A DNA stretch of 64,000 nt from contig FR903546.1 of assembly GCA_000438075.1 (NCBI GenBank), forward strand, positions 17,243-81,242, in the 5' to 3' direction. Made by a program: the position numbers and the translations under genes. The stretch is from Clostridium sp. CAG:609. Its GTDB lineage: Bacteria > Bacillota_I > Bacilli_A > RF39 > UBA660. Below the pieces are notes generated by a model. The model was given only the letters and a program-made list of their open reading frames with translations, did not search any database and was not told the DNA's origin. Below are positions 48,908-60,655 of this stretch, piece by piece; positions within the stretch are counted from its first letter, which is position 1, and every line of letters begins with the position of its first letter.

Positions 48908-50200
48908 TTATAATGTTTCAATTTCTTCAACTTGATTATTTGCTGTATCACTTGTAATTTTACCTATAAATGCATTTTTTATTTCAGTATCTTCTTCACC
49001 AATATCATCTTCGACATCAATTACTCTAAGTATTTCATCAACACTAGTAAGACCCGCAACAACTTTTTCAAGCCCATCTTGAAGTAGGGAAGTAACATCA
49101 GATTTATTATAAACCAAATCTCTTAGTTCACTTTTTCTTACATTATTTGTAATAGCATCTCTGACATCTTGATTAATTTCTAGTATTTCATGTAAAGCAA
49201 TACGACCAGTATAACCATTAATACATTCACTACATCCATGCGGAGTATAAACTTCATTAACTTCCTTTTTTAATACTTTTTCAAATAATATTTTTTCATA
49301 TGGTGTAGTTGTTCTGCTTGTTCTACATTTTGGACATAATCTTTTAACAAGTCTTTGAGAAATAATACCAGTTAAAGCACTTCCAAGTAAATATCTTTCA
49401 ACTTCCATATCAAGCAATCTTTCAATTGTATTAAGTGAGTTATTGGTGTGAATTGTAGATAATACTAAGTGACCAGTAATTGATGCACGAACTGCAATAC
49501 GAGCAGTTTCATCATCACGAATTTCCCCGATCATTATAATATCTGGGTCTTGACGAAGAATACTTCTTAATGTATTACCAAAAGTAAGACCTATATCACT
49601 CATTACTTGTACTTGATTTATACCAGCTATTTTCATTTCAACTGGGTCTTCAACAGTAATAACATTTTTAGATACTGTATTTAATATTTGTAACATACTA
49701 TATACAGTAGTTGACTTACCACTACCAGTAGCACCAGCAACAAGAATAATACCATTTGGCATTTTAATTAACTTCTTTATTTTTTCTAAGTTCTTTTGTG
49801 ATAACCCTAAGTTTTCTAAACCACCACTTGACATAGTATAATTAAGAATACGAATAACTATTTTTTCACCATCAACAATAGGAAGTGAAGATACACGTAA
49901 GTCTAAATCAACTTTATCAGATAAGCTTTTTATCGCACCATCTTGAGGAAGTCTTGATTCAGTAATATTCATACCAGATATAATTTTAATTCTTGTAAGT
50001 AAGTTCTTTTTAACAAAGTTTGGCACTTTTGCATATTCTAAAAGTTCCCCATCTATTCTAATGCGGACATTAAGACAATCTTCCGTAGGATCGAAGTGAA
50101 TATCTGATGCTTTCTTATTAATAGCATCTATTATCATTTCGTTTACGATATCAACAACAGGTTTATTTTCATAGTCAAAATCTCTAAACATCTGTATCAC
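48908..50200 (-). CDS. GspE/PilB/ComGA-family secretion ATPase (type II/IV pilus assembly ATPase), orphan
   Basis: Walker A AGATGSGKST; Asp box, Walker B and His box present; tetracysteine motif CPKC...CSEC. Confidence 0.75.
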   Translation of the reverse strand: MIQMFRDFDYENKPVVDIVNEMIIDAINKKASDIHFDPTEDCLNVRIRIDGELLEYAKVPNFVKKNLLTRIKIISGMNITESRLPQDGAIKSLSDKVDLDLRVSSLPIVDGEKIVIRILNYTMSSGGLENLGLSQKNLEKIKKLIKMPNGIILVAGATGSGKSTTVYSMLQILNTVSKNVITVEDPVEMKIAGINQVQVMSDIGLTFGNTLRSILRQDPDIIMIGEIRDDETARIAVRASITGHLVLSTIHTNNSLNTIERLLDMEVERYLLGSALTGIISQRLVKRLCPKCRTSRTTTPYEKILFEKVLKKEVNEVYTPHGCSECINGYTGRIALHEILEINQDVRDAITNNVRKSELRDLVYNKSDVTSLLQDGLEKVVAGLTSVDEILRVIDVEDDIGEEDTEIKNAFIGKITSDTANNQVEEIETL

Positions 50201-50401
50201 ACAATTCCTTTATTCTTATAATATTATACACTATATTTATCATTTTCACAATGCATTTTCATTAATTTTAAAAATTTTCTAAATCACTTGACTATCAAAC
50301 ATATATTTGATACAATTGATTTGTAATGAAATGAGAAAATTTGCTTGGATAATTTGCAAATTTGTTATATAATAAATCTAGTGTGTAAAGGTGGTGCAAA
50401 A

Positions 50402-50947
50402 ATGGTTATAGGTATAGATGTTGATGACACAATAACAAAAACGAGCAAGTGTGCTAATAAGTTATTAAAAAATGATGATAAATATAATTATGTAATAGAT
50501 TATCATGATTTAAATAGTGATGATTATGATGAATTTATAAATAAGTATATAGGTAATATTTATGATTGTGTACCCCTTAAAGAAGATGTAGTTAATACAT
50601 TAAAGTTATGGCATGATGAAGGTATAAAAATAATTTTTATTACAGCCCGAGGTAATGATAATTATAAGGATGCATTTTCAAAAACTGGATTATATTTTGC
50701 AAGTAATGATATTTATTTTGATAAAATAATATTTAAACAAAAAAGTAAGTTTAATGCATGCATTAAAAATAATGTTGATTTATTTATAGATGATAAAGAA
50801 GAAGTATTAGATGAAATAAAAAAGAAAGGTATTGCTACATTAAGAATAACTGATTCTTTAGAAAGTAAGCATGAAGTAGTAAAGACTTGGCAAGAAATTA
50901 AAGATTACGTAGATAGGTGGGTTAGTTATGGAAGAAAGAATAATTGA
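50402..50947 (+). CDS. HAD-superfamily 5'(3')-deoxyribonucleotidase-like protein
   Basis: DxDxT motif [10 protein letters not shown]; ATG at 50402 with GGTGG RBS preferred over the track start. Confidence 0.55.
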   Translation: MVIGIDVDDTITKTSKCANKLLKNDDKYNYVIDYHDLNSDDYDEFINKYIGNIYDCVPLKEDVVNTLKLWHDEGIKIIFITARGNDNYKDAFSKTGLYFASNDIYFDKIIFKQKSKFNACIKNNVDLFIDDKEEVLDEIKKKGIATLRITDSLESKHEVVKTWQEIKDYVDRWVSYGRKNN

Positions 50948-51932
50948 TGCAAATACAAGCATCGAAGATATATTTGATAAAAGCATTAGACCAGAAAGTT
51001 TAGATGAATATGTTGGTCAAGATAAAATAAAACACAATTTAAAAGTATTTATTGAAGCAGCAAAGATGCGTGATGAGCCCTTAGATCATGTTCTTTTGTA
51101 TGGTCCTCCGGGACTTGGAAAAACAACACTTGCTCACATTATAGCAAATGAACTTGGGAGTAATTTAAAAACTGCAACAGGTCCAGCTATTGAAAAAAGT
51201 GGAGATCTAGCAGCAATACTTTCAACACTTGAACCCGGTGATGTCTTATTTATTGATGAAATACACCGTATTCCTTCCTTTGTTGAAGAAATACTTTATT
51301 CTGCCATGGAAGATTTTACAATTAATGTTGTAATAGGCACTGAAGGGAAAAGTAGATCAATTAAAATAGATTTACCACCATTTACTTTAGTTGGAGCAAC
51401 AACTAGAGCAGGTGATTTATCAAGTCCTCTTCGAGATAGATTTGGTATTGTTAATAAACTTGAGTATTACACCGATGAAGAGCTGGCAAGTATAGTAAAA
51501 AGAACAAGCCAAGTTTTAAACATGAAAATAAACGATGATGCAGCAATGGAACTTGCTAAAAGAAGTAGAAAAACACCACGTATTGCCAATAGATTATTTA
51601 AGCGTGTTCGTGACTTTGCCCTTGTGGAAGGTGATGGTTTAATAAATTTAGATATAACCCTAAATGCTTTAGATAGATTAAATGTTGATACATATGGGCT
51701 TGATATGATTGATATTGAATATTTAAAAGCTTTAATAAATAAATTTAATGGTGGCCCTGTCGGAGTTGAAACAATTTCAACAGCAATCGGGGAAGAAATA
51801 TCAACAATTGAAGATGTCGTGGAGCCATTTCTTTTGCAAGAAGGATTTATAAAAAGAACCAGAAGTGGTCGTGTTGCAACAGAAAAATCATATAAACATT
51901 TAGGAATAAATCATAATATGTCATTATTTTAA
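50928..51932 (+). CDS. ruvB: Holliday junction helicase RuvB
   Basis: Walker [12 protein letters not shown]; RuvB-specific C-terminal winged helix. Confidence 0.9.
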   Translation: MEERIIDANTSIEDIFDKSIRPESLDEYVGQDKIKHNLKVFIEAAKMRDEPLDHVLLYGPPGLGKTTLAHIIANELGSNLKTATGPAIEKSGDLAAILSTLEPGDVLFIDEIHRIPSFVEEILYSAMEDFTINVVIGTEGKSRSIKIDLPPFTLVGATTRAGDLSSPLRDRFGIVNKLEYYTDEELASIVKRTSQVLNMKINDDAAMELAKRSRKTPRIANRLFKRVRDFALVEGDGLINLDITLNALDRLNVDTYGLDMIDIEYLKALINKFNGGPVGVETISTAIGEEISTIEDVVEPFLLQEGFIKRTRSGRVATEKSYKHLGINHNMSLF

Positions 51933-51942
51933 GGAGGTTAAA

Positions 51943-52767
51943 ATGATTTTAGATGGAAAAAAATTAAGGGAAGAACTTCTTGCTAATTATAAAAAAATAA
52001 TAGAAAAAGAAAATTTGAAAATTAAACTTGCAATCATTCAAGTGGGTGATAATGAAGCAAGTAATATTTATGTTAAAAATAAAGAAAAATATTGTAATAT
52101 GGTAGGTATTAAGACAGATATATATAAATTATCTAGTGATACAAAAGAAGAAGAGTTAATTAATTTAATTGATAAGTTAAATAAAATAAAAGAAGTAACT
52201 GGAATCATTTTACAAAGCCCAGTACCAAAGCATATTGATTATGATAAATGTAGCAAGACTATATTAAGTAGTAAAGATGTTGATGGTTTTACCAAAGAAA
52301 ATATATATAAATTATATATGAATGAAGATACAATTATGCCTGCAACAGTAAAAGGGATTATTGTCCTTTTGAAAAAATATAACATTAATATAGATGGAAG
52401 TAATGTTGTTATTATTGGTCGTGGTAATATTGTGGGTAAACCATTATCCCTTGCCTTAACTAATGAAAATGCAACAGTAAGCTTACTTCATTCTCACACA
52501 AAAGATATAACAAAATATACAAAAGAAGCAGACATAATAATATCTGCATGCGGTACTCCAAATATTATAACTAGTGATATGATTAAAGATAACGCTGTTG
52601 TAATAGATGTCGGAGTAAATAGAATAAATGGTAAAATTGTAGGTGATGTAGATTTTGAAAGTGCTTCTAAAAAAGCATCATACATAACACCGAACCCTGG
52701 GGGAGTTGGTCCAATGACTATTGCCATGATTATAGATAATTTAATAAAGTTAAAGCGAGGTTGTTAG
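51943..52767 (+). CDS. folD: Bifunctional 5,10-methylene-THF dehydrogenase/cyclohydrolase
   Basis: 274 aa; GRGNIVGKP Rossmann motif; PGGVGP. Confidence 0.85.
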   Translation: MILDGKKLREELLANYKKIIEKENLKIKLAIIQVGDNEASNIYVKNKEKYCNMVGIKTDIYKLSSDTKEEELINLIDKLNKIKEVTGIILQSPVPKHIDYDKCSKTILSSKDVDGFTKENIYKLYMNEDTIMPATVKGIIVLLKKYNINIDGSNVVIIGRGNIVGKPLSLALTNENATVSLLHSHTKDITKYTKEADIIISACGTPNIITSDMIKDNAVVIDVGVNRINGKIVGDVDFESASKKASYITPNPGGVGPMTIAMIIDNLIKLKRGC

Positions 52768-53991
52768 ATGGATAAAATATTAGAAGATGCGTTAAAGAAA
52801 GAAAAAATTAGACAAGAGAATAATATTGAATTAATAGCTAGTGAAAATTATGTTTCAAAAGATATTTTAATCTTACAAGGAAGTATCTTAACAAATAAGT
52901 ATGCTGAAGGTTATCCGAAAAAAAGATATTATGGAGGATGCGAAAATATTGATGTATTTGAAAGTACTGCTATAGAATATGCCAAAAAGTTATTCGGAGC
53001 AAAATATGCAAATGTTCAACCCCATTCAGGTTCATCCGCAAATATGGCAGTATATCGTGCCCTTTTAAAACCAGGGGATAAAGTCCTTGCTATGAATCTT
53101 CAAAATGGAGGACATTTAACACATGGTCACAAATTATCTTTTAGCGGTATTGATTATGATATAATTGATTATGATATCAATAAAGAAACGGAAGTTATTG
53201 ATTATGATGCACTGGAGGATCTTGCTCTAAAAGAAAAACCGAAGATGATTATTGCTGGAGCAAGTGCATACTCAAGAATAATTGATTATGCCAGATTTAA
53301 AAGTATTTGTGAAAAAACGGGTGCATATTTAATGGTAGATATGGCTCATGTAGCAGGTTTAGTTGCAACTAATCTTCATCCAAGTCCAATACCTTTTGCA
53401 GATGTAGTTACATCAACTACTCATAAGACATTACGTGGTCCTCGCGGAGGATTGATACTTACAAATAATGAAGAAATTGCTAAAAAAATAGATAAAACAG
53501 TTTTTCCAGGTTTGCAGGGTGGACCACTTATGCATGTAATTGCTGCAAAAGCACAGTGTTTCTATGAAGCAATGCAGCCTGAATTTAAGGTCTATCAAGA
53601 ACATGTCCTTGAAAATATTAAAGCACTAGCCAGTGTTTTACAAAGTGAAGGATTTAGAATAATATCTGGCGGAACAGATAATCATCTAATACTTGTTGAT
53701 GTTAAGAATTGTTGTGGTAAAACAGGTAAAGAAGCCCAAGAAATATTAGATAAAATCCATATTACTACGAATAAAAATGCAATACCAAATGATACAGAAT
53801 CATTAACGGTAACAAGTGGATTAAGACTTGGTTCACCAGCAATGACATCACGTGGTTTAACAAAAGATGATTTTGAAAATATAGGTTTTATTATATCACG
53901 TGCGTTAAAAAATAGTAGCGATGAAAAAGTTTTAAAAGAATTAGAAAAAGAAGTATTAAATATAACTAGTAAATATCCATTGTGGTATTAA
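52768..53991 (+). CDS. glyA: Serine hydroxymethyltransferase
   Basis: 407 aa; PLP-lysine context [11 protein letters not shown]. Confidence 0.9.
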   Translation: MDKILEDALKKEKIRQENNIELIASENYVSKDILILQGSILTNKYAEGYPKKRYYGGCENIDVFESTAIEYAKKLFGAKYANVQPHSGSSANMAVYRALLKPGDKVLAMNLQNGGHLTHGHKLSFSGIDYDIIDYDINKETEVIDYDALEDLALKEKPKMIIAGASAYSRIIDYARFKSICEKTGAYLMVDMAHVAGLVATNLHPSPIPFADVVTSTTHKTLRGPRGGLILTNNEEIAKKIDKTVFPGLQGGPLMHVIAAKAQCFYEAMQPEFKVYQEHVLENIKALASVLQSEGFRIISGGTDNHLILVDVKNCCGKTGKEAQEILDKIHITTNKNAIPNDTESLTVTSGLRLGSPAMTSRGLTKDDFENIGFIISRALKNSSDEKVLKELEKEVLNITSKYPLWY

Positions 53992-54005
53992 AGGGAGGTA
54001 AAAAA

Positions 54006-55442
54006 ATGGAAGTAAAGTTATTAGGTGTAACAAATGAAAAATACATTAAGAATCAAGTGCAAATTTGTGCTGCAGCAGGAAAATTATCAAGAATGCCTGG
54101 GACAGTATTTGATGCCTACACATCTATGAGTGATTATGAAAAAGCATTAAAATTTATTAAAATGGTTATTGGAATGGGACACACTTCAACAATAGATCAT
54201 GATTATATGGTTTTTGCCTTATCTGGAGTAACCCCAGTCGTAGAACAAACAATCATTGCTGAAAGATTCTCATCATTTACCATTAAATCAAGACGTGAAG
54301 TAGATTTCTCATCAGTTGGTTTTTACACACCAGATTTTCATACCGAAGATGGAAGTATTTCTCCGGATAATGAATTGTTAAAAGAAAAATATAATAAATA
54401 TATGCAAAGCCTTTTTGATTCATATGAATATTTTGTTTCATCTGGTATAACTAAAGAAGATGCAAGATTTGTTTTGCCATATTCATATCACTCAGAAATT
54501 ATCATGGGTCTAGATGGAACTAGCTTAGCTAGAATGATTAGTCTTTTAACCAAAACAAAGTATAGTAATATAACTGAGTTAAAAGAACTTGGAGAGTCTC
54601 TAAAAAAAATATCAGAAACTAGAGCACCATATATAGATACTGTTGTAGATAAAGAACCAAAAGTATTAGAAAGTGAAACTGAACAAATACTAAAAGACTT
54701 AGGTATAACAAAAGAATATGATCTACTTGATGAACCTATTCTTTTATCACACACTGATAATTTAGATGAAACAATATTTATCAATGCCTTAGCAAGAATA
54801 AGTGGCAAGAGTGTTCATGATGCAAAATTAATGTATGATAAATTAATTAAAAATAATGAAGAGTTAAAAGCTAAGTTAATGAAATCAATCTTTAATGAAG
54901 TAAATCATGAAGATTTAAGACAAGTAAATATGAGATTCCAATTTGCCGTTCCATATGCAATACTTACTCACTTTACTAGACATAGAAGATTATCTTTATC
55001 AATCCCTGATTTTGTACCGAATAATGATTTATTAAAATATACAACACCACCAAAGATAAAACAAAATGACGGGTTAAATCAAAAATATGAAGAAATATTT
55101 AGAAAAAATAAAGAAATCTGGGAAGAATTTAAATCATATAACATTAAAGAAGAAGATTTAGTATATTTCACATTAAGTGGTAATACAATAAATATTATTA
55201 TAAACTTTGATGGTGAAGCATTCCGTTGGATATGTCGCCTTAGGGAATGTACAAAAGCCCAATGGTGTATCCGTAATATAGTTACAAAAATGCATGAATT
55301 AATAGATGAAGTATCAACGTATTATTCAGCTAATCTTGGACCTGACTGTGTAACAAAACACATATGTGGTGAAGGAAAAGAATCATGTGGAAGACTAAAA
55401 TTAATATTAAAGAAAGAGGGACTAAATAATGAAAAAAGGTAA
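54006..55442 (+). CDS. thyX: Flavin-dependent thymidylate synthase ThyX, tandem-fused form (degenerate N-terminal copy + canonical C-terminal copy)
   Basis: C-terminal half has RHRRLSLS (RHRx7S); N-terminal half has HTSTIDHDYMVF and a degenerate SRREV; start MEVKLLGV with GGGAGG RBS. Confidence 0.7.
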   Translation: MEVKLLGVTNEKYIKNQVQICAAAGKLSRMPGTVFDAYTSMSDYEKALKFIKMVIGMGHTSTIDHDYMVFALSGVTPVVEQTIIAERFSSFTIKSRREVDFSSVGFYTPDFHTEDGSISPDNELLKEKYNKYMQSLFDSYEYFVSSGITKEDARFVLPYSYHSEIIMGLDGTSLARMISLLTKTKYSNITELKELGESLKKISETRAPYIDTVVDKEPKVLESETEQILKDLGITKEYDLLDEPILLSHTDNLDETIFINALARISGKSVHDAKLMYDKLIKNNEELKAKLMKSIFNEVNHEDLRQVNMRFQFAVPYAILTHFTRHRRLSLSIPDFVPNNDLLKYTTPPKIKQNDGLNQKYEEIFRKNKEIWEEFKSYNIKEEDLVYFTLSGNTINIIINFDGEAFRWICRLRECTKAQWCIRNIVTKMHELIDEVSTYYSANLGPDCVTKHICGEGKESCGRLKLILKKEGLNNEKR

Positions 55443-56109
55443 ATTAATAGTAATCGAAGGAACTGATTGTTCAGGAAAAGAAACTCAAGTTAAAAAAGTA
55501 GTAGAAAGATTTAAAGAAAAAGGAATAAACATTTATAACTATTCATTTCCAATGTATGATACACCAACAGGTAGAATTATTGGAGGACCATACTTAGGTA
55601 AATCTTATATTGGAGAAGGTTGGTTTAAAGAAGGAGCACCGAATGTTGATGCTCTAGCAGCTTCAGCTTATTATGCCGCAGACCGTAGATACAACATAGG
55701 TATTATAAATGATCACTTAGAAAAAGGTGACATAGTTATTCTTGATAGATATGTTGAATCAAACATGGCACACCAAGGTGGTAAATTAAAAACCCGTGAA
55801 GAAAGAGAAAAAATGTATCAAAAACTAGATCAGTTGGAATTTGAAATAATGGAATTACCTCGTCCAGATGCTGTAATATTTTTATACATGCCATTTGAAT
55901 ATGCAGCAATATTAAAGAAAAATAGAGCGGAAACACCAGATCAACACGAATCAAATAAAGCTCATTTAAAACAAGCAGAAACTGCATACTTAGAATTAAC
56001 TGAAAAATATGGGTATCAAAAAATAACTTGTGTTAAAGATGATGTAATTAGAACAATTGATGATATCAGTGATGAAGTAGTAGCAAGAATCGAGGAAATT
56101 ATTAAATGA
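55429..56109 (+). CDS. tmk: Thymidylate kinase
   Basis: P-loop [10 protein letters not shown]; DRY motif DRYVESN. Confidence 0.85.
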   Translation: MKKGKLIVIEGTDCSGKETQVKKVVERFKEKGINIYNYSFPMYDTPTGRIIGGPYLGKSYIGEGWFKEGAPNVDALAASAYYAADRRYNIGIINDHLEKGDIVILDRYVESNMAHQGGKLKTREEREKMYQKLDQLEFEIMELPRPDAVIFLYMPFEYAAILKKNRAETPDQHESNKAHLKQAETAYLELTEKYGYQKITCVKDDVIRTIDDISDEVVARIEEIIK

Positions 56110-57143
56110 ATATTTTAGAATACGACTATGACTTACCACAAAAGTTTATTGCACAAACCCCACTAAAAAACCGAAGTGATTCAAAATTATTATTATTAAA
56201 TAAAGATAATGGTAATATAAAAGAAGATGTTTTTAAAAATATTGGTAAGTATTTAAAAAAAGGTGATGTTCTAGTTTTAAATGATACTAAAGTAATACCA
56301 GCTAGGTTAATCGGGGAAAAAGAAGAAACAAAAGCAGTTATTGAACTTTTACTTTTAAAAGACGTTGAAGGAGATATCTGGGAATGTCTTGCAAAACCTG
56401 GAAAAAGATTACATGTTGGAACTATTATTAGTTTTGGTAATGGGCTACTTAAAGCAGAAGTTATTGAAAAAAAAGATGAAGGAATAGTACATGTAAAACT
56501 TATATATGATGGAATACTTATGGAAATACTAGAAAGTCTTGGAACGATGCCACTTCCTCCGTATATTCACGAATCTTTATCTGATCAATCGCGTTATCAA
56601 ACTGTCTATGCTAAAAACTTAGGCAGTGCAGCAGCACCAACTGCAGGACTTCATTTTACAAAAAAATTACTCGATGAACTATCAAAAATGGGTGTAGAAA
56701 TATTATATGTAACTCTTCATGTAGGTCTTGGAACATTTAGACCTGTTGAAGAAAGTGATATAACAAAACATCATATGCATAGTGAGTATTACATAATGAC
56801 TGAAGATGTTGCAAAAAAACTAAATAAAGCAAAAGAAGAAGGAAGAAATATTTATGCAGTTGGGACTACATCAACTAGAGTACTAGAAACAGTGGCTCAT
56901 AAATATGATAAGTTTTCTGCTTGTAGTGGAAACACTGATATATTTATTTATCCAGGTAATTTCGAGTTTAAAGCAATAGATGGACTTATAACAAATTTCC
57001 ATTTACCAAAAAGTACATTATTAATGCTAGTTTCAGCCTTATCAAAAAAAGAATATATATTAAATGCTTATGAATATGCAAAAGAACATGACTTTAGATT
57101 CTTTTCATTCGGAGATGCTATGTTTATTAAAAAAGACATATAG
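56106..57143 (+). CDS. queA: S-adenosylmethionine:tRNA ribosyltransferase-isomerase
   Basis: 345 aa; typical QueA N-terminus ([15 protein letters not shown]) and length. Confidence 0.85.
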   Translation: MNILEYDYDLPQKFIAQTPLKNRSDSKLLLLNKDNGNIKEDVFKNIGKYLKKGDVLVLNDTKVIPARLIGEKEETKAVIELLLLKDVEGDIWECLAKPGKRLHVGTIISFGNGLLKAEVIEKKDEGIVHVKLIYDGILMEILESLGTMPLPPYIHESLSDQSRYQTVYAKNLGSAAAPTAGLHFTKKLLDELSKMGVEILYVTLHVGLGTFRPVEESDITKHHMHSEYYIMTEDVAKKLNKAKEEGRNIYAVGTTSTRVLETVAHKYDKFSACSGNTDIFIYPGNFEFKAIDGLITNFHLPKSTLLMLVSALSKKEYILNAYEYAKEHDFRFFSFGDAMFIKKDI

Positions 57144-57235
57144 CATCTTTTTTCTTTCAAAATTTTGTAAAATTGTCCCATTTTTATTGTGCGATTACTA
57201 AATATCATGGTAGAATATATACTATGGAGGTAATT

Positions 57236-59866
57236 ATGGAAAAATATGTTTATTTGTTTCAAGAAGGAAACAAAGATATGAAAAATCTCCTTGGAGGAAA
57301 AGGTGCTAATTTAGCAGAAATGACTAATATTGGTATGCCAGTTCCAAGTGGATTTACCGTTACAACAGAAGCTTGTAACAAATATTATAAAGATGGAAAG
57401 GAATTAAGTTCTGAAGTAATTGACCAAATTAAAGAAGCTTTAGAAAAGCTTGAAGCAAAAAGCGGTAAAAAATTTGGTGATTTAGAAAATCCTTTGTTAG
57501 TTAGTGTAAGAAGTGGTGCTCGTGCAAGTATGCCAGGTATGATGGACACTGTACTAAACTTAGGATTAAATGATGATATTGCAGCATCATTTTCAGAAAA
57601 AATCGGTAACAAAAGATTTGTTTATGATTCATACAGAAGATTTATTCAAATGTTTGCGGATGTTGTAAAAGGTTATTCAAAGAGTAAGTTTGAAACAATC
57701 ATTGATGAAGTTAAAACTAAAAAAGGTGTTAAAAATGACATAGAATTAGATGAAAATGATATGGTTCAATTAACTAGTCTATTCAAGAAAGCTTATAAAG
57801 AATTTGCGGGTGAGGATTTCCCACAAGATCCAATTGTTCAATTAATCGAAGCAGTAAAAGCTGTATTTAGAAGTTGGAATAATGAAAGAGCAATCTATTA
57901 TAGAAGAATAAATGATATTCCATCAAGTTGGGGAACTGCAGTTAATGTTCAAGAAATGGTTTATGGAAATAGTGGAGAAAATTCCGGAACAGGTGTTGCA
58001 TTTACAAGAAACCCAGCAACTGGAGAAAAAGCATTATTCGGAGAATATTTAATTAATGCTCAAGGTGAAGATGTTGTAGCAGGTATTCGTACACCAAGCC
58101 CAATAGCAACATTAAAAGAAGAAATGCCTGAAGTATATAAAGAATTTGCAAGTATTGCACAAGAATTAGAAAAACATTATAAAGATATGCAAGATATGGA
58201 ATTTACTATTGAAAATGGCAAGTTATTTATTCTTCAAACAAGAAATGGTAAAAGAACAGCACGTGCAGCAGTAAAGGTTGCAGTTGATTTAGTAAATGAA
58301 AAAATGATTTCTAAAGAAGAAGCTGTATTAATGGTTGAGCCTAAACAATTAGATGCATTACTTCATCCAACATTTACTACCCAATCTCTAAAGAGTGGTA
58401 AAGTTGTAGCTAGAGGACTTGCAGCATCACCTGGTGCAGGAACTGGCAAAATTTATTTCAATGCTGCAGATGTAATTGAAAACAAGAAAAAAGGAATTGA
58501 TTCACTTCTTGTTAGACTTGAAACATCACCTGAAGATATCGAAGGAATGAATTCAAGTAAAGGTGTTTTAACTATTCGTGGTGGAATGACTAGCCATGCA
58601 GCAGTAGTTGCTCGTGGAATGGGAATTTGCTGTGTAAGTGGAGCTTCATCTATTGTTATAAATGAAGAAGAAAAAACATTAAAAATGCCAGATGGAACAA
58701 TTTACAAAGAAGGAGATTATCTATCAATTGATGGATCAACTGGTAATGTTTACGCTGGTAAACTTGAAATGCAAGATGCATCAATTAGTGGAGACTTTGA
58801 AACATTTATGTCTTGGGCAGATGATGCCAGAGTACTTCGTGTAAGAACAAACGCTGATACACCAAAAGATGCAATTCAAGCAAGAAAATTCGGAGCAGAA
58901 GGAATTGGTTTATGTCGTACGGAACACATGTTCTTTGAACGTGACAGAATATTCAACTTCAGAAAAATGATTTGTGCAACAACCTTAGAAGAAAGAGAAA
59001 AAGCTCTAGAAAATATTTTGCCTTATCAAAGAAAAGACTTCGAAGGCTTATATGAAGCAATGGCACCATACAGTGTAGTTATAAGATATTTAGATCCACC
59101 ACTACATGAATTCTTACCAAAAACCGATGCTGAAATAAAAGAACTTGCAAAAGACCTAGGAAAAACAACTGAAGAATTGTATGAAGTAATTGATTCATTA
59201 AAAGAATTCAACCCAATGATGGGACATCGTGGATGCCGTCTTGCTATAACTTATCCAGAAATAGCTAGAATGCAAACAAGAGCAGTTATCGAAGCAGCTA
59301 TTAATGTATCTAAAAAAGGAATCGATGTTACACCAGAAATTATGATACCTTTAGTAGGTGAAGTAAAGGAATTAAAATATGTTAAAAACATCGTATGCCA
59401 AACAGCAGATGTTATAATAAAAGAATCTGGTATTGATTTAAAATATGAAGTTGGAACAATGATTGAAATTCCAAGAGCAGCACTTTTAGCAGATAAGATT
59501 GCTGAAGAAGCAGAATTCTTTAGTTTTGGAACTAATGATTTAACTCAAATGACTTATGGTTTTTCAAGAGATGATGCTGGTAAATTCTTAAATTCATATT
59601 ATGAAAAAGGAATATTTGAATTTGATCCATTCGCTCGTATTGACTTTGATGGGGTTGGACTTCTTATGCAAATGGGGGCTACAAAAGGACGTAGTGTTAA
59701 TAAAGATTTAAGTCTTGGTATTTGTGGAGAACATGGCGGAGATCCAGCAAGTGTTGAATTCTGTCATAAACTAGGATTTAACTATGTATCTTGTTCACCA
59801 TTTAGAGTTCCAATTGCTCGTTTAGCAGCAGCTCAAGCCGCAATTAAATCTGGGGATAGAAAGTAA
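57236..59866 (+). CDS. ppdK: Pyruvate, phosphate dikinase
   Basis: Start MEKYVYLFQEG with GGAGG RBS; phosphohistidine region GGMTSHAAVVARG; C-terminal PEP-utilising TIM barrel with active-site Cys (GICGEHGGDP). Confidence 0.9.
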   Translation: MEKYVYLFQEGNKDMKNLLGGKGANLAEMTNIGMPVPSGFTVTTEACNKYYKDGKELSSEVIDQIKEALEKLEAKSGKKFGDLENPLLVSVRSGARASMPGMMDTVLNLGLNDDIAASFSEKIGNKRFVYDSYRRFIQMFADVVKGYSKSKFETIIDEVKTKKGVKNDIELDENDMVQLTSLFKKAYKEFAGEDFPQDPIVQLIEAVKAVFRSWNNERAIYYRRINDIPSSWGTAVNVQEMVYGNSGENSGTGVAFTRNPATGEKALFGEYLINAQGEDVVAGIRTPSPIATLKEEMPEVYKEFASIAQELEKHYKDMQDMEFTIENGKLFILQTRNGKRTARAAVKVAVDLVNEKMISKEEAVLMVEPKQLDALLHPTFTTQSLKSGKVVARGLAASPGAGTGKIYFNAADVIENKKKGIDSLLVRLETSPEDIEGMNSSKGVLTIRGGMTSHAAVVARGMGICCVSGASSIVINEEEKTLKMPDGTIYKEGDYLSIDGSTGNVYAGKLEMQDASISGDFETFMSWADDARVLRVRTNADTPKDAIQARKFGAEGIGLCRTEHMFFERDRIFNFRKMICATTLEEREKALENILPYQRKDFEGLYEAMAPYSVVIRYLDPPLHEFLPKTDAEIKELAKDLGKTTEELYEVIDSLKEFNPMMGHRGCRLAITYPEIARMQTRAVIEAAINVSKKGIDVTPEIMIPLVGEVKELKYVKNIVCQTADVIIKESGIDLKYEVGTMIEIPRAALLADKIAEEAEFFSFGTNDLTQMTYGFSRDDAGKFLNSYYEKGIFEFDPFARIDFDGVGLLMQMGATKGRSVNKDLSLGICGEHGGDPASVEFCHKLGFNYVSCSPFRVPIARLAAAQAAIKSGDRK

Positions 59867-59971
59867 TTTACTTAAAATACTGTAAATTAAATGATTGTAT
59901 AAAAAACTAAAAAAATGGATGTTTAAACATTCTTACTCCCAATTCTAAATTGAAGTAAAAATATTATTTTA

Positions 59972-60015
59972 AGATTGAAATAGATACTTTTATCGCATAT
60001 TTCAATCTTTTTTTG
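59972..60015 (+). terminator. Rho-independent terminator after ppdK (AGATTGAAATA ... TATTTCAATCT + T7)
   Basis: 11 bp inverted repeat with 15 nt loop and T-run. Confidence 0.7.
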
Positions 60016-60059
60016 GTTGGAATTAAATAATATGCGACAAGAATTAGGAGGTAAGAAAA

Positions 60060-60371
60060 ATGCGATTGTTGCATGTAAAACCTGAATTAAGGGATTTATC
60101 TCAAGGATCTAGAATAGCTTTTGTAAGAGAATTGAAACATTTATCACAGGACAAAATTTCAGAACATTTGGGATTAACTGGCGAATGCAAGAGAAGAACG
60201 ATGACAAGATATGAGAAAGGAGATAGAAATTCAAAGGATGATAGAATAAAGGATATTGCCAAATTTCTTAAAGTTAATTTTAATTCATTAAAGAAATATG
60301 ATTATAAAAATCCTGAAGATTTAATTTATTTATTTTTTTGCTTGAAGAGTATATTCCAAATTATAGATTAG
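60060..60371 (+). CDS. Small putative DNA-binding (HTH-like) protein, 103 aa
   Basis: RBS AGGAGG; central ...SQDKISEHLGLTGECKRRTMTRYEKGD resembles an XRE-type helix-turn-helix; weak call. Confidence 0.4.
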   Translation: MRLLHVKPELRDLSQGSRIAFVRELKHLSQDKISEHLGLTGECKRRTMTRYEKGDRNSKDDRIKDIAKFLKVNFNSLKKYDYKNPEDLIYLFFCLKSIFQIID

Positions 60372-60655
60372 ATTTATCACAAGTCAAAAATAATGAAAAA
60401 AGCAAAAGTAGGTATTCATAGATTATTAGATATTAACTATAATTGTGTTAGCTAAAAAATAGTTCATAGCGACTACTTTGAATGGAAATTAACTTTTAAC
60501 AATGAAAAAATAAAATTTGAAATTAAAGATAAAAATAAATCAAATTACTTTTTAGTAGATATACAAATAATAGTGGTAATATATAGTTTTTGTGGTATAA
60601 TATTAGTTACAAGAGATTGCAACTAAAACATTTAACCAAAGGAGGGAGATAATGT

